From Acholeplasmataceae bacterium (GTDB lineage Bacteria; Bacillota_I; Bacilli_A; Acholeplasmatales; Acholeplasmataceae), in assembly GCA_963675245.1 (NCBI GenBank), contig OY775910.1:64001-128000 (forward strand): a stretch of DNA of 64,000 nucleotides, read 5' to 3'. The translations under genes and the position numbers were made by a program. The stretch's first letter is position 1. Each line of letters begins with the position of its first letter. A model generated the notes under the pieces. The model saw only the letters and a program-made list of their open reading frames with translations. It was not told the DNA's origin and searched no databases. Below are positions 40,780 to 50,400 of the stretch, one piece after another.

Positions 40780-40780
40780 T

Positions 40781-41491
40781 TTATTTCACCCCGCCAACGT
40801 ACGATGTCAATGCTTCTAAAAATGGTTTCTTTCTTGCTCTACTCATTTTCAGTTCGTCATTGCCGACTACTGCAAACTCTCCTTGGATGCCTTTTACTTT
40901 TGCCAGATTAACCAAATAACAATTATTACATCTAAAGAAGTAATATTTCTCAAGCTTACTTTCCATGTCTTTCATGACACCACGCATGCTATAATCGCCT
41001 TGTTTTGTTTTTATAGTTAACGTATGTTTCATGCTTTCAACATAATTAATATCGTTAGTCATAACTTTTTTAATACCAGATTCAACTGGCACCAAAATAT
41101 AACTATCTTCTCTCGCATCTAACTTTTCAATCGATCGTTTAAATTCTTGATAAAAAGCGAAATATGGGACGGGTTTTAATAAAAACGATAATGCATCTAC
41201 AGAATATCCTTTTATGGCATATTGTGCCATATTTGTTTTGAAAATGATGATGACATTTTTATCTTTTTCTCTTATCTTTTCTGCGATTTCCATACCATTG
41301 GAATGTTTCATTTCGATATCAAGAAAAATAATATCAAATTTACCTTCATAATCTCTAATGATTTCTGTCCCGTCTTCAAATTCAACAACATCAAAAAAAC
41401 GATTATGTTCAATAGAGTATCGCTTAATATATTTTTTTACAAGTTCGCGACTTGCTTTTTCATCTTCAACAATAGCAATCCTATATTTCAT
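40781..41491 (-). CDS. LytTR-family response regulator
   Basis: IAIVEDE, IFLDIEM, FLLKP, FFRCNNCYLVNL; start ATG 41491. Confidence 0.93.
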   Translation of the reverse strand: MKYRIAIVEDEKASRELVKKYIKRYSIEHNRFFDVVEFEDGTEIIRDYEGKFDIIFLDIEMKHSNGMEIAEKIREKDKNVIIIFKTNMAQYAIKGYSVDALSFLLKPVPYFAFYQEFKRSIEKLDAREDSYILVPVESGIKKVMTNDINYVESMKHTLTIKTKQGDYSMRGVMKDMESKLEKYYFFRCNNCYLVNLAKVKGIQGEFAVVGNDELKMSRARKKPFLEALTSYVGGVK

Positions 41492-41502
41492 GTTAAGTCC
41501 TT

Positions 41503-42600
41503 TCAATCAAATAATTTCTTGCATTGATCTAGTGCCAATCTAATAATGTCATCCATATCTAAATATCGATATGTACCTAATCTTCCACCAAAGATGACCT
41601 TATCTTGTTGATCTGCCAATTCTCTATATTTTTTATACAGTAAATTATTGTCATTATCATTAATTGGATAGTAAGGTTCATCACCTATTTCCCAATCTAC
41701 TGGGTATTCCCTAGTAATCAACGTTGGCTTTTGTTCTTTAAATGTAAAATGTTGATGTTCGATGATACGTGTGAATGGTATATCTCTTTCAGTATAATTA
41801 ACCACCGCATTACCTTGGTAATTTTCAGTATCAACCATTTCGTTTTCGAATCTTAATGATCGATAAGATAAATGGCCATATTGATAATTAAAGTATTGAT
41901 CAATCATACCTGTATAAATCACTTTTTTTGCTTGTTTTTCATACATTTTGTGATTCTCAAAAAAGTCTGTATTTAAGTTAACTTCAATGCCTTCTAATAA
42001 CTTTTCAATTAATGCTGTATAACCATCTTCTGGTATACCTTGATAACGATCTGAAAAGTAATTATTATTATATGTAAATCGTACCGGTAAACGTCTGATG
42101 ATAAATGGTGGTAAATCTGTTGTTTTTCTGCCCCATTGTTTTTCTGTATAACCTTTAATTAATGCGTCATAAATATCTTTACCAATTAATTTAATGGCTT
42201 GTTCTTCAAGGTTCGAAGGTTCAATATTTTTATATGCTTCTCTTTGTGAATCAATCATTTTTTTCGCTTCATCAGGCGTTTTAACACCCCACATTTGATT
42301 GAATGTATACATGCTAAAAGGTAAACTGAAAAGCTTATCTTTATATCTTGCAAGGGGTGAATTTGTGAAACGATTGAATGTAACTAAACGATTGACATAT
42401 GCCCATACTTCTTCATCATCCGTGTGGAAGATATGCGCACCATATTTATGGATGTCGACACCATTAACTTTTTCTGTATATATATTACCGCCAACATGAC
42501 CTCTCTTATCTATAACAAGACATTTTTTGCCGCGTTTATTTGCTTCATGTGCGATCACTGAACCATATAATCCAGCACCGACAATTAAATAATCATACAT
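41503..42600 (-). CDS. glf: UDP-galactopyranose mutase
   Basis: IVGAGLYG, HKYGAHIFHT, YTEKQWG, RYQGIP, FTRIIEH, EPYYP, GRLGTYRYLDMD. Confidence 0.97.
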   Translation of the reverse strand: MYDYLIVGAGLYGSVIAHEANKRGKKCLVIDKRGHVGGNIYTEKVNGVDIHKYGAHIFHTDDEEVWAYVNRLVTFNRFTNSPLARYKDKLFSLPFSMYTFNQMWGVKTPDEAKKMIDSQREAYKNIEPSNLEEQAIKLIGKDIYDALIKGYTEKQWGRKTTDLPPFIIRRLPVRFTYNNNYFSDRYQGIPEDGYTALIEKLLEGIEVNLNTDFFENHKMYEKQAKKVIYTGMIDQYFNYQYGHLSYRSLRFENEMVDTENYQGNAVVNYTERDIPFTRIIEHQHFTFKEQKPTLITREYPVDWEIGDEPYYPINDNDNNLLYKKYRELADQQDKVIFGGRLGTYRYLDMDDIIRLALDQCKKLFD

Positions 42601-42641
42601 ATTTTTTTCCTCACTTATTTGGTATGTTCATTATATCATTA

Positions 42642-44066
42642 TTACGCACTAAGCTCAAAGGTATAAAAGTTGATTGAACCACTACCTCGATATTGAAAGT
42701 ATAATGCATGTTTATTTGTTGTTTTTTTAAGTGTCGTCTCAAACCATTTTTTAGATGTTTTTGCATCTATTGAAATAACCCCTAATTGATCGTTTCCATC
42801 TATATCTGTAGAGATAATCATTTGACCTTTAGCATGACCATTGACTTCGATTTTAACGTGCATTGAACCTGGTTCAAAATACTTAAATCCAACATTAGTT
42901 CCATCTTTAATATGTGCAATGTATTGATCTGGATGATTATTTCTATCTATGCCACTTTGAGTTAGATATGGATGCCAAAGTGTTCTTTGTTTATATGGTT
43001 TTCTATAAAAGAAAGTTCCTTTTTTTGATGTCAAATGACAACAAATACTTGTGCTATATCGACCTTCATTTTTTAACAATTCACCATTGAATCCCATCGA
43101 TGTGAGTTCCGCTTGTTTGAAATGAGTACCATCGTATTCAAGTGGCTCAACGCACACCTGTCTTGAAAATGGGTGTCGATTAGTATGTCGATGATATGTC
43201 ACATAATAAGTGCCATTCAATGCTAGAATACTACCGTGATTATTACCTGTATAGTTATGTGCTTTATCAGATAAACCAATGTCTCCATTAGAAATTAAAA
43301 CACCACCAAATTTAAAATCCTTATCAGGAGAATCACTGATGGCATAACATAATTCATGACCTGCATAGGATGAATAAATAAAATAGTATTTACCATTTAT
43401 TTTACGCATAGAAGACGCTTCAAAAAATGGATGTTCAGCAAACTCAGATTCTTCGGCTTGATGCATAGATGGAACAATGTACTTAAATGGTTCTTTGATC
43501 GTTAACATATCGTTTTCAAGTGTCATGACCATCGCACCTTTTTTCGTTGGTCCATATTGATTAAATGGAATAAATTTTGGTCCAAATCCAGTATACAAGT
43601 AGATAGCACTATCATCATCAATAAAAATGCCTGGATCAAATTGAAGTGGTTCACCTTTTTTTCCTAGACGAACACCATCTTTATATGAGACATATCCTAA
43701 AAAGGTATACTGACCTGCTGGTGTATCTGAAACTGCAACACCAATCCTAGAATGTAGTCCAATGAAATAATAAAGATAATATTTACCATCATTACCTTTG
43801 ATTACATCTGGTGCAGCCATTTTATTAAGAATGCCATATCCGTGTTTAGGATCTTGATTTCTTCGATAGATAACGCCTTCATAACGCCATTCTTTAAGAT
43901 TGTTGACAGGGGAAGAATAACACACATAATCATTCATACAAAATGATTTTCCATCAAATTGATCATGTGATCCATAAAGATACACACGACCATCAAAAAC
44001 ACGTGGTTCAACATCTGGAATATATTCATAATTTGGAAGAATTGGATTAAAACTTTGTGTAGTCAT
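42642..44066 (-). CDS. GH43 glycosidase with a C-terminal CBM-like domain, no signal peptide
   Basis: EYIPD.EP.VF..RVYLYGSHD, APD, FDPG.F.DDD, FFEASS, GNNHGS. Confidence 0.9.
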   Translation of the reverse strand: MTTQSFNPILPNYEYIPDVEPRVFDGRVYLYGSHDQFDGKSFCMNDYVCYSSPVNNLKEWRYEGVIYRRNQDPKHGYGILNKMAAPDVIKGNDGKYYLYYFIGLHSRIGVAVSDTPAGQYTFLGYVSYKDGVRLGKKGEPLQFDPGIFIDDDSAIYLYTGFGPKFIPFNQYGPTKKGAMVMTLENDMLTIKEPFKYIVPSMHQAEESEFAEHPFFEASSMRKINGKYYFIYSSYAGHELCYAISDSPDKDFKFGGVLISNGDIGLSDKAHNYTGNNHGSILALNGTYYVTYHRHTNRHPFSRQVCVEPLEYDGTHFKQAELTSMGFNGELLKNEGRYSTSICCHLTSKKGTFFYRKPYKQRTLWHPYLTQSGIDRNNHPDQYIAHIKDGTNVGFKYFEPGSMHVKIEVNGHAKGQMIISTDIDGNDQLGVISIDAKTSKKWFETTLKKTTNKHALYFQYRGSGSINFYTFELSA

Positions 44067-44117
44067 AGCATACCTCTGTATCGATTAATCTATCTCCTAC
44101 ATTATAACTTAATTCAT

Positions 44118-44150
44118 TAAAAAAGACTACTTGCATTTAAACAAGTAGTC
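44118..44150 (-). terminator. Terminator of the copper operon
   Basis: GACTACTTG-N8-CAAGTAGTC with T-run on the minus strand. Confidence 0.75.
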
Positions 44151-44158
44151 CTAATCAA

Positions 44159-44419
44159 TTACATATATTTTCTTAAAATGTCGATAATTTCTTGTGTTTT
44201 TTCTTCATACGTTCCATCTTCAATGGATTCAAGGACACATGTTTCAATATGTTGTTTTAAAATACTTAAATTCGCCTTTTTTAAAAGTGCTTGGGTTGCT
44301 TCAATTTGATTGGCTATATCCACACAATATCTGCCTTCTTCTGTCATGCGAATAACAGCATCAATTTGACCTCTTGCAGTTTTTAATAAATTAAGTTCTT
44401 TTTGGTGATCATGCTTCAT
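44159..44419 (-). CDS. csoR: Copper-sensing repressor CsoR
   Basis: [22 protein letters not shown]....H..TCV (C-H-C ligands). Confidence 0.9.
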   Translation of the reverse strand: MKHDHQKELNLLKTARGQIDAVIRMTEEGRYCVDIANQIEATQALLKKANLSILKQHIETCVLESIEDGTYEEKTQEIIDILRKYM

Positions 44420-46856
44420 AGGAAACCTCCATATGTTTAAGTAGATTAATTCGTCTTAGACGAAGTGAATTATAAATCACATTAAGTGATGATAGACTCA
44501 TCGCTGCTGCACCTAACATTGGATGCAATAATCCAAGCATCGCAAATGGAATCATGATGGCATTATAGAACCATGCCCAGAAGTAATTTTGTTTAATTTT
44601 TTTAAATGTTTGTCTAGACAGTTCAACTGCCCTTAATATCGTATCTAAATGACCATTCACTAATGTAATGTCAGCTGCTTCAATCGCAATATCCGTTCCA
44701 GTACCAATCGCAATACCAACATTTGCTTGTTTCAAGGCTGGTGCATCATTAATACCATCACCAACCATTGCTACTAATCCATGTTCTTTTTGTAATGCCA
44801 TTAATGCATTGACTTTACCATCAGGTAATACACCTGCAATGAAATCAGTAAGCCCAGCTTGTTTAGCGATAGCTGCAGCGGTTTGCTCATTATCACCTGT
44901 AATCATAATGGTTTTAATACCCATATGATTCAGTGTTTGAATGACTTGTTTCGTTTCAGGTTTAATCGCATCAGAAATCGCAATTAAGCCAATCGCTTTA
45001 CGATCCACAGAAACATACATTAACGTCTTCGCTTCTGTCTGTAATTTTGCGGCTTGTTCTTTAAACATTTCAACATTAATATCTTCAGCATTCATATATG
45101 CTTCGTTACCAATAATCACAAGCTTTTGATCGACATGACCAAGCACACCCATACCTGTCACTGCTGTAAAGTTTTCTACTTTGCCTAGCTTAATGTTTGC
45201 TTCATCTGCTTTTATTTTAATCGCATGTGCTAAGACATGTTCAGATCCTGTTTCAAGAGTTGCTGCTAAATAAAGTATATCTTTATGATCAGAGACAATA
45301 TCTGTAACAACTGGTTTACCAATGGTTAATGTACCTGTTTTATCAAATGCGATAGCATTGATATCTTTTAAGGTTTGAATCGCTTCACCTTGTCTAATGA
45401 GAATCCCTTGTTCAGCACCAATGCCTGATCCTACCATTAGAGCAGTAGGTGTACCTAACCCAAGTGCACAAGGACAAGCAATCACTAAAACTGCTGTTGC
45501 AGTAATAAACGCTGTCGTTAATGGTGATTGATCTAATACGATCCAAGGTAGAAATGAAAATGTTCGTAAAATACTTTGATGAACATCAGGGAATGCCCAT
45601 ATCAATGAAAATGTGATCACTGTAGCAACCAATATCGCAGGAACAAAATACCCTGTGATTTTATCTGCAAAAGCCTGAATCGGAACTTTTGTTCCTTGGC
45701 ATGCTTCAACAAGTGTAATCATTTGTTGAAGGAAAGTATCTTTACCTACTTTTGTTACTTCAACACGTAATAATCCTTGACCGTTAATGGTAGCACCAAT
45801 GACCTCATCACCAACTGATTTTGATACAGGCATTGACTCACCTGTAGCCATCGATTCATCAATTGCTGTTTGACCCTCAACAATCTTTCCATCTGTTGGA
45901 ATTTTCTCACCAGGTTTAATGACCATGATATCGCCAACAGATAATTCTGCTGTTAATATTTCAATCACTTCACCATCGATTTCAACATTAGCGGTTTTCG
46001 CTGACAAACCTGCAAGTTTTTTAATTGCTAATGATGCTTTACCTTTTGCTCTCGCCTCTAAAAATTTACCTAGCAAATGGAATGTCACAATCGTGGTTGC
46101 CATTTCAATAAATGTTTGTATTGGAAAAAAGATACCCAATAAACCAATGAAATATGGTGGAAGCGAACCTAAAGATACTAAGACGTCCATATTTGGATGA
46201 CCGCTTCTTAATGAGTAAAAACTACCTCGATGAATTTTATATCCTAAAATGAATACGACCGGTGCACCCATTAATGCGACAATGATTTCATAAAATGGGA
46301 TTGCAACAACAAACATATGAATCACCATTAATGTCATCATCACAATCGTGATAGATCCTGCAATTAAGACCTTTCGTCTTGCTTTTTGCATCTTTAAAAC
46401 ATCAGGATCGATTGTTTCATCCTGTTTTTCTTCTAACCTAACCTCATAACCTGAATCATGAACTGCTTTTTTAATTTTTGACAATGTTAATTCGTTTTGA
46501 TCGTATGTAATGATGAGTTTCTCATTGACAAGATTAACATTCGCTTCTTCTACACCTGGTAATGTATGAACAGCACGATCAACATTTTTAACGCACATCG
46601 CACAAGTCATACCATCAACGTTTAGAGTCAACGTTATAAGATCTTGTGAAACCTTAGCATGATATCCAATCGATTCGATATCTTTAATAATGTCATCAAC
46701 GGTCGTGTTTTCTTCATCATATGTCACCATTGCTGTATCATTTGCTAAATTTACTGCTGATTGACTAATATGTGTATTATGGTTTAATACGCGATCTATA
46801 TTGTTTGCACATGATGCGCATGTCATACCTGAAATATCAAACTTAACTCGTTTCAT
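44409..46856 (-). CDS. copA: Cu(I)-translocating P1B ATPase
   Basis: Two GMTCxxC domains, [22 protein letters not shown] and MxxSS motifs. Confidence 0.95.
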   Translation of the reverse strand: MKRVKFDISGMTCASCANNIDRVLNHNTHISQSAVNLANDTAMVTYDEENTTVDDIIKDIESIGYHAKVSQDLITLTLNVDGMTCAMCVKNVDRAVHTLPGVEEANVNLVNEKLIITYDQNELTLSKIKKAVHDSGYEVRLEEKQDETIDPDVLKMQKARRKVLIAGSITIVMMTLMVIHMFVVAIPFYEIIVALMGAPVVFILGYKIHRGSFYSLRSGHPNMDVLVSLGSLPPYFIGLLGIFFPIQTFIEMATTIVTFHLLGKFLEARAKGKASLAIKKLAGLSAKTANVEIDGEVIEILTAELSVGDIMVIKPGEKIPTDGKIVEGQTAIDESMATGESMPVSKSVGDEVIGATINGQGLLRVEVTKVGKDTFLQQMITLVEACQGTKVPIQAFADKITGYFVPAILVATVITFSLIWAFPDVHQSILRTFSFLPWIVLDQSPLTTAFITATAVLVIACPCALGLGTPTALMVGSGIGAEQGILIRQGEAIQTLKDINAIAFDKTGTLTIGKPVVTDIVSDHKDILYLAATLETGSEHVLAHAIKIKADEANIKLGKVENFTAVTGMGVLGHVDQKLVIIGNEAYMNAEDINVEMFKEQAAKLQTEAKTLMYVSVDRKAIGLIAISDAIKPETKQVIQTLNHMGIKTIMITGDNEQTAAAIAKQAGLTDFIAGVLPDGKVNALMALQKEHGLVAMVGDGINDAPALKQANVGIAIGTGTDIAIEAADITLVNGHLDTILRAVELSRQTFKKIKQNYFWAWFYNAIMIPFAMLGLLHPMLGAAAMSLSSLNVIYNSLRLRRINLLKHMEVSYEA

Positions 46857-47068
46857 TGTTTGATTTCCGCCTTAAATCCGATTCTGTTTATTTGAAATAA
46901 TAGTGTGTCATCGTTCACTAAAGACTCATCGTAAGTCACGATGACGAGATTTTCTAAATTTTGCATGACAACATCTTTTACACCTTTATTTCTTCTAAGG
47001 ACACGTTCAACAGCAATCGCACAACTAATGCATGATAAACCCGTGACCTTATATTCAACTTCTTTCAC
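46853..47068 (-). CDS. HMA-domain copper chaperone
   Basis: GLSCISC, 71 aa; GTG start. Confidence 0.8.
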   Translation of the reverse strand: MKEVEYKVTGLSCISCAIAVERVLRRNKGVKDVVMQNLENLVIVTYDESLVNDDTLLFQINRIGFKAEIKQ

Positions 47069-47086
47069 AAATCATCACTTACTTTC

Positions 47087-47302
47087 TTACGCTTTTGTTG
47101 GTGTATAACCAATATCTGAAATTCTTTTTGCTAATGTCTGATCATCAGCTAAATTTTCATCATAAACGACATGAACTAGTTTTTCAGCGACATCTACGTC
47201 AACCTTCTCAACTGAACCATGTTGTCTTAATGCTGTACTGATGGCATTGCCGCATCCACCACAATGAATATCTGATACTTTAAAAGTTGTTTCTTTCATC
47301 AT
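47087..47302 (-). CDS. copZ: CopZ-like copper chaperone
   Basis: DIHCGGC ... IGY. Confidence 0.82.
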   Translation of the reverse strand: MMKETTFKVSDIHCGGCGNAISTALRQHGSVEKVDVDVAEKLVHVVYDENLADDQTLAKRISDIGYTPTKA

Positions 47303-47316
47303 AAATTCCTCTTTTC

Positions 47317-47348
47317 TATCCCCTATGTGGGGGGGTACTTAAATTATA
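47317..47348 (-). promoter_or_regulatory. CsoR operator and -10 box
   Basis: TATCCCCT-ATGT-GGGGGGGTA C/G-tract pseudo-palindrome (47317-47337) just downstream of TATAAT (47348-47343). Confidence 0.75.
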
Positions 47349-47471
47349 TAACGGTTTGTTAGTTATTTCAAGTTTATGAACGCATTTAATAAAATATATA
47401 AATAAAAAACAGAGATCATAACATAGTTATCATCTCCGTCATTTTAGTATAGTATTAAATTAGTAAATTGG

Positions 47472-50400
47472 TCAATCAATAGCATCAACTCTAAGTGTTA
47501 AATTGTTAATGAAATTATTAGTTACTTCAATGTAAAGATAGTAAGTACCTGCATTTAAATACACGTCATATGCTGATGAATAAACATAAAATTCATTCAC
47601 CGTTTCATCATTATCATTAATAAGTCTCATGTATATCATATTTGTGTTACCTGTCGCGTCAATGCTATATTCACCTGATGCATCAATGCTGAACTCATAG
47701 ATTAAGTTATTGGCTACGATTGGTTTTTCCACGCCAACTTCTATCGAACCTGGTGCTTGCGTTTCTGTATCAACAGTGATATTTACATCATATGATGGCA
47801 ACATCAACTCATAGTTATATAATCTTAAAAAATATTCTTCACCTGCATATAAATATGATGTAAGCGATAGTGTTTCATCATCAGATGATTGATCAATATC
47901 AAAATCAGAAACATACAGATAACCTCTAAATAACGAAAGATTTGAAACAGTTGAAGTAATCGTGTAATAACCAGAAACGCTAGGTGTAATCAATTGATAA
48001 ATATCATTACCATAAAGTGTATATTCACCTGCATCTAGACTATTCGGATTCGAATAATCAGTCATCGTTAGAGAAAATGAATAGTCATCCATATGATGAA
48101 TATATAATGCATAATCATACGAATCTTTAATGTCTAGTAATGCACTTCCATCACTTTCAATTGTTTGTAATGTAGATAGTGATATATTGAATAGTGACAA
48201 GCGATATATTTCTTCAGAATCGCTAAAACTGATTTCATAATAAGCGGATTGATCAACATTAATTAATAGTGTCTTTAAATCTTCACTTGCAGTAAATGAT
48301 TGGTCTTCACCTGTAAAACTACTTATATCAGAACCGATTTGATCGACTTGCATGGTAATTATTCTTGGTTGTCCATCATCATAAACCGTCAAATTAAGTT
48401 CATCACCAGCACGAGCATTAAAGATGTAATTGTTTAAGTTTTCAAGATTGACATTCGTATCATATGATGTATAAACTCTTCCAGGAAATACCGAATTAGT
48501 TTCATCACTTATCGTGATCTGATACGTACCATCCAATGGCGCAACAAACACACCTTCTGCGCGAGACGAAATGAAATTCATCGATTCACCTTCGATTAAA
48601 TTCTCATTTTGACCACTTATACCTGTATCTATGATTTCAAGTGTCGCTGGCACAAGTACACCATCTTTAATAATAATCATAAAATAACTATCATAACTGC
48701 CCATATATATCATGGTATTGACCATACCATCGGTAACTTGTTCTGAATAAATCACTTGATAGTAATCTGATAAAACAATAAATTCATCAATATCTCCAGT
48801 GAGTTTAATCTGATAATATCCATTCTCATCTGGTATAAATGTTGAAAATACATTACCAGTGTTGAATGCATAAGATTGATTTATTTTCAAGACTTCTGGC
48901 AAGTGTGATTCATCAGTGATATCAATTAAAATATCCATTGGCAAGATGTCGCTGATACCTGCATATGCAAAATTGATTTCATACGTCATTCCCGCATTAA
49001 ACTGAAAATAATAATCATCACCTACTGAGATTGAATCAGTATATATATTTGTATCATTGACATATATCAACATACCAATTGTTTCATCATCAATTTGGGA
49101 TACATTCAATTTATAAAAGGCTGTTTCATCAGGTGTAAAGATGAGCGAGCCATCAAAAACATCATAGTAAGTAAACGTTTCTCCAATTGGAACTTCTAGA
49201 GGGTTTCGATAAGATGTTTCATCTAATGAATACGTTATATCTATAAGTTCATTTGGATGTCCAAATAATATGCTATAGGTGTGTTTTTCTTCTAATTGTA
49301 GATATTTGCTAATCTGTCGAGACATTGTTGAAAACATATATTCACCATTATCTCGGATGGTTAAAGAAATCTCCTCTGATGAACTGACATTAAACTGATA
49401 GAACGCGGTTGTTTCTGGTGTGAATGTATAAGCAACTGTTCCACCATATAACGTATATACTTGATTAGCAACAAACTGATCAGGCATGTTGTGATCAGAA
49501 TTGACTGATTCAACCATGAAGTAAACCATATTATCACGATAATTGTCGATATAGATCACCACTTCATCTGCTGTTGAGACCGTGAAATAAATATCATCTC
49601 GATTAAAATCTCCAATCATCTCGCCATTGATTCTAACTTGACCATAATACGAATTCTCATATGTGACATCATTAAATGTGGTTGGAATTTTAAATGTTCC
49701 ATTTCCAGAAGGAGAGAAAATCACTTGATAATTATAACCTGTTAAAAGATAATCAACATCTTCAGTAATTATTGCCCCATTAAATAAAATATCGTCTCTT
49801 TCTATGATGTTTAATGAAACTTGTGTCATATCATTGTAATAACGTATATGAATTGTATATGTAACATTCTTGTTTAAATCGTAATAATTTTGGGCGATCG
49901 GAGACACACTGTTACCACTATTAAATGCGTTATCTTCAGTGATCTCAATATAAATGTTATTATCTTCATTATTCAACGCTTTTATATCAATATAATAGTA
50001 ACCATCTGTATCTGGTGTAAATGTGGTCATCGTTTCATTGTTCACATAAAATGTTTCTGGATCATTAATGAATACTTCATCAGGTATCGCATTATATGAC
50101 GTTAAATCTAAAGTTAGAGCTACATGTTCGTAGCTATTATAATAATTTTTATAAAGGATCTTATATGTTTGATTCTCTTTAAATTCAATCAAACCACCTT
50201 CATTATATAAATAAGCGATACCTAAACCATCTTCATTTTGAATATTAATATTATAATTTTCATATGTATTATCAATAGTTAATTGGTAAAACCCTGTCAC
50301 TTCAGGAGTGAATGTCACACTAAATTCATCACCAAAGAAATTAGCTTCGACACCTTCATTTATCGTTTCAGGATTTGGTGTATCATAAATATTTGTTGAT

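Noticed and set aside
44159..47348. Copper operon as a novel system
   Set aside because: Standard copZ/copA/csoR parts; two chaperones and a distal csoR are minor variations.
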